64,000 bases of DNA from assembly GCA_963826515.1 (NCBI GenBank), contig CAWGXI010000005.1:193610-257609 (forward strand), given 5' to 3'. The translations under genes and the position numbers were made by a program. This document shows, in pieces, positions 57,220-64,000 of the stretch (position 1 is its first letter; each line of letters opens with the position of its first letter). The notes under the pieces are model-generated. The model was given only the letters and a program-made list of their open reading frames with translations. It was not told the DNA's origin and did no database searches. This DNA is from an uncultured Actinomycetota bacterium. Its GTDB lineage: Bacteria; Actinomycetota; Actinomycetes; Streptosporangiales; Streptosporangiaceae.

Positions 57220-58304
57220 CTGAACACGACAACCAGCACGAAGGCCTGCGGGGCGGCCAGGCGAGCGAAGCCAGCCCTGCCAGAGCGCGCCGGCGCCGTG
57301 TGATCGGCACGCCCCCGCCCGCGGCGGCGCGACGGCTGCTCGGCGACGGCGGTCCTGGCGACCGGCCCGCGGCGCCGGCCAAGCAGCGTGAACTGCCTGC
57401 CGAGCTGCCCAACCCCGAGCGAGCGAAGCGCGCCGAGCGGATTGTGGCGCTGTTCTTCATGATCTCCTTGCTGGCCAGCGCAGCGTTCGTCGCCTCCTAC
57501 GTGATCTTCCAGGTTCACTCGGTCGACAAGGTCCTCAGGTCCAATCTCGGGCTCGGCCTGTCTATGACGGTCGCGTTCCTAGCCCTCGGGGCTGGCGCCA
57601 CGATCTGGGTCCGGCACCTGATGCCACACGTCGAGCTGACCGAGGAGCGCAAGCCGCTGGCCTCGTCGGAGCAGGACCGTGCGGCGTTCGCTGAGACGTT
57701 CGAGGAGGGCGCCGGGGCGAGCCAGTTCGTCAAGCGGCCGCTGCTGCGGCGGAGCCTGCTGGCCGCGTCAACGGCGCTGGCGATCGCTCCCCTGGTGCTG
57801 CTGCGCGACCTGGGCCCGTTGCCCAGACAGAAGCTGCGGTACACCGCGTGGCGGAAGGGCAGCCGGGTGGTTGTGCTGGGAACTAACAGACCGCTCAGGC
57901 CCGCCGACTTCGCCTCGCCCGGCGGGATCATCACTGTGGTTCCTGAGGGAATCGGCAACGACCTCGACGCGCTGGCAAAAGCGGCTGTGCTTATTATCAA
58001 GTTCAGGCCGGAGGAACTTCTGCCGCCAACCGTTATGAACTGGACCGTTGATGGGATCGTCGCGTACTCCAAGATCTGCACACACGTCGGCTGCCCCGCC
58101 GCCCTGTATGAGCACACGACGCATCACATCCTGTGCCCGTGCCATCAATCAACGTTCGACGCGCAGCGCGGCGCCAAGGTGCTCTTCGGCCCGGCACCAC
58201 GGCCGCTGCCGCAATTGCCGATCACTGTCAACGCCGAGGGATACCTCGTGGCGCAGAGCGATTTCCATGAGCCGGTCGGCCCGAGTTTCTGGGAGATGGG
58301 ATGA
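57216..58304 (+). CDS. qcrA: cytochrome bc1 complex Rieske iron-sulfur subunit
   Basis: CTHVGCP ... CPCHQSTF Rieske motifs. ATGA overlap with qcrC. Confidence 0.92.
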   Translation: MTEHDNQHEGLRGGQASEASPARARRRRVIGTPPPAAARRLLGDGGPGDRPAAPAKQRELPAELPNPERAKRAERIVALFFMISLLASAAFVASYVIFQVHSVDKVLRSNLGLGLSMTVAFLALGAGATIWVRHLMPHVELTEERKPLASSEQDRAAFAETFEEGAGASQFVKRPLLRRSLLAASTALAIAPLVLLRDLGPLPRQKLRYTAWRKGSRVVVLGTNRPLRPADFASPGGIITVVPEGIGNDLDALAKAAVLIIKFRPEELLPPTVMNWTVDGIVAYSKICTHVGCPAALYEHTTHHILCPCHQSTFDAQRGAKVLFGPAPRPLPQLPITVNAEGYLVAQSDFHEPVGPSFWEMG

Positions 58305-59977
58305 GCGCTGACAAGGCACTGGCCGGCGTCGGGGGGTACCTGGACGACCGCCTCCGTGGCGCCAAGTCAGTGCGCAACCTGCTCAAGAAGATCTTCCCCG
58401 ACCACTGGACCTTCCTGCTCGGGGAGATAGCGCTCTACTCGTTCATCATCCTGCTGCTCACCGGAACGTTCCTCACGCTGTTCTTCAAGCCGAGCATGAC
58501 CGACGTCATCTACCACGGCTCCTACACGAAGCTGAACGGCGTGCACATGAGCCAGGCCTACGCCTCGACGCTGAACATCAGCTTCGACGTTCGCGGCGGC
58601 CTGCTGATGCGCCAGATCCACCACTGGGCGGCCATCCTGTTCCTCGCCGCGATCATGGTGCACATGCTGCGGATCTTCTTCACCGGCGCGTTCCGCAAGC
58701 CGCGCGAGTTCAACTGGCTGATCGGCGTCACCCTGCTCGCCCTCGGTATCGTGGAAGGATTCGCCGGCTACTCCCTTCCTGATGACCTGCTCTCCGGCAC
58801 CGGGCTGCGGATCCTGGAGGGAGTGCTGCTGTCGATCCCGATCGTCGGCACGTACATCAGCTTCTTCGTCTTCGGTGGCCAGTTCCCTGGGAACGACCTG
58901 ATCCCCCGGCTCTACATCGTGCACGTGCTGCTGTTGCCTGCAATCATCCTGGCGCTGGTGAGCGTGCACCTGTTCCTCATGTTCCACCAGAAGCACACCC
59001 AGATGCCCGGCAAGGGGCGCACGGACCGGAACGTAGTGGGCGCGCCGACGTATCCGTATTTCATGGCGAAGACGGGAGCGTTCTTCTTCTTCGTCTTCGC
59101 GGCATGCGCCGGGCTCTCCACGTTCGCCCAGATCAACCCGATCTGGCTATTCGGTCCCTACAACCCCGCAGCGATCTCGGCGGGTTCGCAGCCCGACTTT
59201 TACATGGGCTGGCTGGAGGGCGCGCTGCGGATGATGCCAGCGTGGCAGATCAACTTCTTGGGCCACGGCCTCGCACTGAGCGTCTTCATAGCCGGGCTTC
59301 TCGTCCTCGGGGTGCTGATAACGGGTCTGGCCATGTACCCGTTCCTCGAGCAATGGGTCACCGGGGATAAACGGGAGCACCATGTCCTTGACCGGCCGCG
59401 TGACGCGCCGACCCGGACGGCCATCGGCGTGGGCGGTGTCACCTTCTACGGCGTGCTGTGGCTGATCGGCGGCAACGACCTCATCGCCCGCTACTTCGAC
59501 ATCCAGCTCTACTGGACGACGTGGTTCGGCAGGGTCCTGGTAATCGTCGGGCCGATCATCGCCTACATCCTGACCAAACGGATCTGCCTGGGCCTGCAGC
59601 GCAAGGACCGCGCGCTCCTGGAGCACGGCGTCGAGAGCGGCATCATCGTGATGAAGCCGACCGGCGAGTTCGTCGAGGTCACCCGTCCGCTAACTGAGGA
59701 AGCCAGCGCCGTCCTCACCAGCAGGAAGGAGCCGCTGAGGCTGCCGGCTGGTCAGGGGGCGGACGAGAACGGCGTGCCTGCCCCCGGGACCCGTGGCGTC
59801 ATGGGCAAACTCCGGGTCAGGCTGAACCACGTGTTCGCCGAGGAGATCCCCCTGCCGGACGGGCACGGAGGTAACGGGCACGGCAACGGCCACCGCGAGC
59901 TCCCCGGCGGCGCCGAGGAACCGCGGGCGCTGCCGGAGGGATCATCCGAGCAGTCGGAGCCAACCGGCCGCCCGTGA
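58301..59977 (+). CDS. qcrB: cytochrome bc1 complex cytochrome b subunit
   Basis: Multi-TM protein with haem-ligand His pairs (RQIHHWAA, ...HVLLLP). ATGA overlap with qcrA. Confidence 0.92.
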   Translation: MSADKALAGVGGYLDDRLRGAKSVRNLLKKIFPDHWTFLLGEIALYSFIILLLTGTFLTLFFKPSMTDVIYHGSYTKLNGVHMSQAYASTLNISFDVRGGLLMRQIHHWAAILFLAAIMVHMLRIFFTGAFRKPREFNWLIGVTLLALGIVEGFAGYSLPDDLLSGTGLRILEGVLLSIPIVGTYISFFVFGGQFPGNDLIPRLYIVHVLLLPAIILALVSVHLFLMFHQKHTQMPGKGRTDRNVVGAPTYPYFMAKTGAFFFFVFAACAGLSTFAQINPIWLFGPYNPAAISAGSQPDFYMGWLEGALRMMPAWQINFLGHGLALSVFIAGLLVLGVLITGLAMYPFLEQWVTGDKREHHVLDRPRDAPTRTAIGVGGVTFYGVLWLIGGNDLIARYFDIQLYWTTWFGRVLVIVGPIIAYILTKRICLGLQRKDRALLEHGVESGIIVMKPTGEFVEVTRPLTEEASAVLTSRKEPLRLPAGQGADENGVPAPGTRGVMGKLRVRLNHVFAEEIPLPDGHGGNGHGNGHRELPGGAEEPRALPEGSSEQSEPTGRP

Positions 59978-60087
59978 CCGCCCCACAGCCATAACGGCTG
60001 CCGCGGCGGCGTGCGGCTCATACCGCCGGGTCACCCGAGGTGCGGGTCACCCGGGCACCGGGACCTGAGCACCGGGACTGCGCACCG

Positions 60088-61521
60088 TCATCTGAGCGCC
60101 GCCGCGGTTGACGTTGGGCTCGCCGGCGGCGCGGCGGCCGATCGCTCGGGTGCGGATCGCTCAGCAGGCGATGACACAGAAGAGGACGGCTCGGGAGTGG
60201 ACGACGCCGCGGCCGCGCCAGGCTCCGCCGAGTTCGCCGCCGGCGCGGTCAGCGCACCGGGCATGGCGAAGTAACTGCCGTCCCCTGCTGCCACCATGGC
60301 CTCTTTCAGCGCGCTTCCCTTGACCAGTTTCTTCCACGGCAGGAACCAGATGGTCCAGCCGTCGCCCAAGGTTCCCCGCACCGGGCTCCCAACGATGGTG
60401 ACCGGGTCGCCGCGGTCGGCGTGGTCGTAGTACCAGGCTGCGTATCCAGGCGCCAGATTCACGCAGCCGTGGCTGACGTTCGTGAAACCCTGCTCGCCGA
60501 CCGACCACGGCGCGCTGTGTATATAGTCGCCGCTCCAGGTGAACCTGACCGAGTCATAGACGAGCTCGTTGTAATAGCCAGGGTCACCGCGACAGACACC
60601 GAAACTGCACGAGTCCATGTCGACCGGGTTGCCCTTCTCGATAGTCAGGTACCTGCCATCCGGCGTGTCGTCGCCGGGCTGACCGGTGCTGATGGGCCAG
60701 TCGAATCGAAGCTTGCCGTTGACCCATACCCTCATCCGGTGACTCCTCGTGCTCGCCACCGTTACCAGCGACTCGCCGACGTTGAAGTGCCGCGACAGAT
60801 TGGCCGCACCGTACATTCCATTCGCGCCGCGTACACCGGCGAGATGGGCGGTGAAGCGCACCTTGTCGTGGACCGGCCAGTACTTCTTCGGCCTGAACCA
60901 CACAGTCTTGTCGTCGAGCCAGTACCAAGCCCCCACCACCGGCTTGCTGCTTCGCAGTGTGAAGGACCGCTCTACCTGCGCCTTGTCATGGATCGACCGG
61001 TTGAACGTCACCATGATCGGCATGCCGACGCCCACGGTTTCGCCCGGCGCCATGTCGACGGAGGCGGTAAACGTTCTCGCGGGCGCGGAGGTGCGGAACG
61101 TCGAATGCTCCGTGGACGACCTGCCGCGCGGGCCGGCCGCCGTCGCGGTCACCGCGTACGTCTGCGGCGAGGCGAGCGCCCAGGTGCTGTGCCAGGTCGT
61201 GCCGCTGGGGTTGAGGTAGCCAGCCACCTGGTTCCCGTTGGTGTTCTCGACGGTTACGCCGGTCAGGCGACCCCCGGATGCGCTGACCAGGACGCCCAGA
61301 TCGGGCCGGTCATCGACGGAACCCTGGCCTGGAATGATCATGACCTGCACAGGTCTTGGCTGTCTCGCCGCGGCCCTGCCGCCCTGACAGGCCGTGGACA
61401 TGACCGATGACACAGCCAGCATGGCTACCGGAGCCAGCCAGGCCCGGCGGCACCCACGCCGCCCCGCCATCGTCTTAATACTCCCCCGCATGCTCAACCT
61501 CCCCCAGGTGGCACGCCACAC
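60088..61521 (-). CDS. L,D-transpeptidase (YkuD domain) lipoprotein
   Basis: IHSAPWSVGEQGFTNVSHGCVNL catalytic motif, Ig-like N-domains, lipobox SVMSTAC. The start may be a downstream ATG. Confidence 0.85.
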   Translation of the reverse strand: MWRATWGRLSMRGSIKTMAGRRGCRRAWLAPVAMLAVSSVMSTACQGGRAAARQPRPVQVMIIPGQGSVDDRPDLGVLVSASGGRLTGVTVENTNGNQVAGYLNPSGTTWHSTWALASPQTYAVTATAAGPRGRSSTEHSTFRTSAPARTFTASVDMAPGETVGVGMPIMVTFNRSIHDKAQVERSFTLRSSKPVVGAWYWLDDKTVWFRPKKYWPVHDKVRFTAHLAGVRGANGMYGAANLSRHFNVGESLVTVASTRSHRMRVWVNGKLRFDWPISTGQPGDDTPDGRYLTIEKGNPVDMDSCSFGVCRGDPGYYNELVYDSVRFTWSGDYIHSAPWSVGEQGFTNVSHGCVNLAPGYAAWYYDHADRGDPVTIVGSPVRGTLGDGWTIWFLPWKKLVKGSALKEAMVAAGDGSYFAMPGALTAPAANSAEPGAAAASSTPEPSSSVSSPAERSAPERSAAAPPASPTSTAAALR

Positions 61522-61631
61522 TCATTCCCGCAGTAGCAGCGAGATAACGTTAAGTAGGGGGTTGATCGCGCCTTGGGCAGGCAAGGATTCGTTAACGTTA
61601 CTGAATCATGAAACCGAGCAGGGGCGCGGGC

Positions 61632-62030
61632 TCAGTGCGCGTACTGGCCCCTGTAGTACTCAAACACGAACCCGATCGAGGACAGCAGCACGGCCAGCAT
61701 CCCGATCAGGAAGAGCCACCAGCCGATCGCCAGCCCAAACGCCGCGAGGGCAGCCGACAGGCCGGTGAACAGCGGCCACCAGCTATGCGGGCTGAAGAAC
61801 CCGATTTCGCCTGCGCCCTCGCTGATCTCGGCGTCCGGATTATCTTCGGGTCGCGTCCGCGGCAGGCGCCGGCCGGTGAAGAGCAGGTAGAAGCCGCTCA
61901 GGAAGGCGAGGCCGACCGAGATGCCGAGGGCGGTCGTTCCGGCCGGGTCATAGGACGTGAACCAGTAGATAGCACCCACGACCGCGAAGAACGCCGCAGA
62001 CAGCAAGAACAGGAAACCTTCGACCTTCAT
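61632..62030 (-). CDS. ctaF: cytochrome c oxidase subunit IV
   Basis: MKVEGFLFLLSAAFFAVVGAIYW..., four TM segments, located downstream of ctaD. Confidence 0.88.
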   Translation of the reverse strand: MKVEGFLFLLSAAFFAVVGAIYWFTSYDPAGTTALGISVGLAFLSGFYLLFTGRRLPRTRPEDNPDAEISEGAGEIGFFSPHSWWPLFTGLSAALAAFGLAIGWWLFLIGMLAVLLSSIGFVFEYYRGQYAH

Positions 62031-62065
62031 CTGTTACCTCGCGGAAAAAGCTGATTCGGTGTCAC

Positions 62066-63757
62066 CTACTCGACCGCCGGCCGAGTAGTACCAGCGGGTT
62101 GTACCGGACGGCCTGCACGCACGTGCGGATGATGCAGATCGAACGCGGGCCGCTCGGAGCGAATCCGCGGTATGCGGGTGAAGTTATGCCGAGGCGGCGG
62201 GCAGCTGGTGGCCCACTCCAGTGAGTTCCCGAAACCCCATGGGTCGTCCACGGTCACCGTTTCGCCATGCCGCGAGGTAATGTACACGTTCCAGAGGAAG
62301 AACAGCGTCGACGCGCCGAGGACGAACGAGCTTACCGAGGAGATCTCGTTCAGGCCAGTGAAGCCCGCATTCGCGGGGTACGTCGCATAGCGGCGCGGCA
62401 TCCCCTCCACGCCCAGCCAGTGCTGCACGAGGAACGTACCGTGAAAGCCGAAGAACAAGGTCCAGAACTGCCACTTCCCGAGCGTCTCGTTCAGCATCTT
62501 GCCGGTCATCTTCGGCCACCAGAAGTAGAAGCCGGCGAACATGGCGAACACCACGGTGCCGAACAGCACGTAGTGGAAGTGCGCGACGACGAAGTAGGAG
62601 TCACTCACCGCGAAGTCAAGCGGCGGTGACGCGAGGATAACGCCGGTGAGGCCGCCGAAAAGGAATGTGACAAGGAACCCGAGCGCGAACAGCATTGAGG
62701 TCTCGAATGTCAACTGGCCGCGCCATATCGTGCCTGCCCAGTTGAAGAACTTCACCCCGGTGGGTATCGCGATCAGGAACGTCATGAACGAGAAGAACGG
62801 CAGCAGCACCGCGCCCGTGGTGAACATGTGGTGCGCCCACACGGTCATCGAAAGACCCGCGATCGCGATCGTCGCGGCGACCAGGCTCTTGTAGCCGAAC
62901 AGCGGCTTACGGGCGAAAACGGGCAGCACCTCAGTGATGATGCCGAAGAATGGCAAGGCGACGATATAGACCTCTGGATGCCCGAAGAACCAGAACAGAT
63001 GCTGCCAGAGGATCGCGCCACCGTCGGCCGAGTCGAATACCCGCGCGCCGAGCTTGCGGTCAATCTCGAGCACGAGCAGTGCCGCCGCGAGCACGGGGAA
63101 CGCCAGCAGTACCAGCATGCTGGTGAGCAGGATGTTCCAGGTGAAGATGGGCATGCGGAACATGGTCATGCCAGGCGCGCGCATGCAGAAGATCGTGGTA
63201 ATGAAATTGACGCCGCCGAGGATCGTGCCGAACCCGGACAGCACGAGGCCCATGACCCACATGTCACCGCCGATGCCCGGCGAATAGACGGCGCTGGTCA
63301 ACGGAGAATAGGCGTACCAGCCGAACTCGGCCGCGCCGCCGGGGGCGATGAAGCTGAAGAGCAGAATGAGCCCGCCGAACAAGAACAGATAGTAGCTGAA
63401 CAAGTTCAGCCGGGGAAACGCGACGTCGGGCGACCCGATCTGGAGCGGCACAAGCTCGTTCGCGAAGCCGACGAACAGCGGCGTGGCGAACAGCAGCAGC
63501 ATGATCGTGCCGTGCATGGTGAAGAGCTCGTTGTACTGCTGATCCGAGACCAGGTGCTGATTCGGCCGCATCAGCTGGGCTCGCATGATCATCGCCATGA
63601 TGCCGGCGGCGAGGAAGAAGAAGAACGAGGTGATCAGGTACATGTGACCGATCACCTTGTGATCGGTCGACGACGCCCACGCCGCGATTATCGAACCCTT
63701 CCGCGCGGGGGGCGGTGCCTCCTCGGTTCCCGGGACCGGTTGCTGCGTGGTAGTCAC
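62066..63757 (-). CDS. ctaD: cytochrome c oxidase subunit I
   Basis: [30 protein letters not shown] haem-copper oxidase motifs. Confidence 0.95.
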   Translation of the reverse strand: MTTTQQPVPGTEEAPPPARKGSIIAAWASSTDHKVIGHMYLITSFFFFLAAGIMAMIMRAQLMRPNQHLVSDQQYNELFTMHGTIMLLLFATPLFVGFANELVPLQIGSPDVAFPRLNLFSYYLFLFGGLILLFSFIAPGGAAEFGWYAYSPLTSAVYSPGIGGDMWVMGLVLSGFGTILGGVNFITTIFCMRAPGMTMFRMPIFTWNILLTSMLVLLAFPVLAAALLVLEIDRKLGARVFDSADGGAILWQHLFWFFGHPEVYIVALPFFGIITEVLPVFARKPLFGYKSLVAATIAIAGLSMTVWAHHMFTTGAVLLPFFSFMTFLIAIPTGVKFFNWAGTIWRGQLTFETSMLFALGFLVTFLFGGLTGVILASPPLDFAVSDSYFVVAHFHYVLFGTVVFAMFAGFYFWWPKMTGKMLNETLGKWQFWTLFFGFHGTFLVQHWLGVEGMPRRYATYPANAGFTGLNEISSVSSFVLGASTLFFLWNVYITSRHGETVTVDDPWGFGNSLEWATSCPPPRHNFTRIPRIRSERPAFDLHHPHVRAGRPVQPAGTTRPAVE

Positions 63758-64000
63758 TGTGCACTCCCAGCTTGTGCCTTCTGAGCTGCCTGCTGAGTGG
63801 CTATGTATTGCTGGAACTCCTGCTTGCTGACGACCTTTACGGTGAACAGCATCTCACTGTGGTACAAGCCGCACAGCTCCGAGCACCGGCCAGCGAAAGT
63901 TCCCGTCGCGGTCGTGGTGATCTGGAAGTGGTTCGGATGGCCAGGCACCACGTCCCGCTTGAAAAGGAAGGCGGGGACCCAGAACGAATGAATCACGTCA
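63754..64000 (-). CDS. ctaC: cytochrome c oxidase subunit II, C-terminal part (continues past window end)
   Basis: IHSFWVP...[14 protein letters not shown] CuA motif. The stop overlaps the ctaD start. Confidence 0.9.
   Translation of the reverse strand, partial: DVIHSFWVPAFLFKRDVVPGHPNHFQITTTATGTFAGRCSELCGLYHSEMLFTVKVVSKQEFQQYIATQQAAQKAQAGSAQ

Overview
Very GC-rich actinomycete chromosomal core. Gene order matches Streptomyces (carBA-pyrCBR-bldD, then DAHP synthase, pfkA, glk, fadD, trpD, ctaE-qcrCAB, ctaFDC) and M. tuberculosis Rv2175c-Rv2200c. About 60 protein genes are supportable. I saw no rRNA, tRNA, CRISPR array or intact IS/transposase. The window is mostly housekeeping, but several things go beyond plain gene calls. 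(1) A LitR/CarH-like MerR regulator with a B12-binding-type domain sits upstream of an ECF sigma gene coupled to a YbgA-like DUF523/DUF1722 gene. This faces a translationally coupled operon: FAD oxidoreductase, DUF1365, two CFA-synthase-like methylases and DUF1295. I read this as a candidate light or singlet-oxygen lipid-modification module. (2) A ydaO-type c-di-AMP riboswitch with its own promoter precedes an NlpC/P60 hydrolase. (3) A putative aromatic (F-C-F-W-Y) leader-peptide attenuator precedes a DAHP synthase. (4) A PyrR RNA site and BldD boxes are present. (5) Two related families of small, structured MITE-like repeats with CTAG ends (five copies) abut or supply stop codons. (6) A perfect 28-bp-arm palindrome buries the start codon of a small GerE-like gene, and a decayed second copy of this cassette lies upstream of a Ser/Thr kinase. 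(7) Perfect short tandem repeats (periods 12-42 bp) are unusually dense, both in frame inside essential genes and between genes. Four conserved genes carry single-base frameshifts at G3/C3 runs, which are most likely assembly indels. Coordinates I indexed by hand may be off by 1-2 nt.
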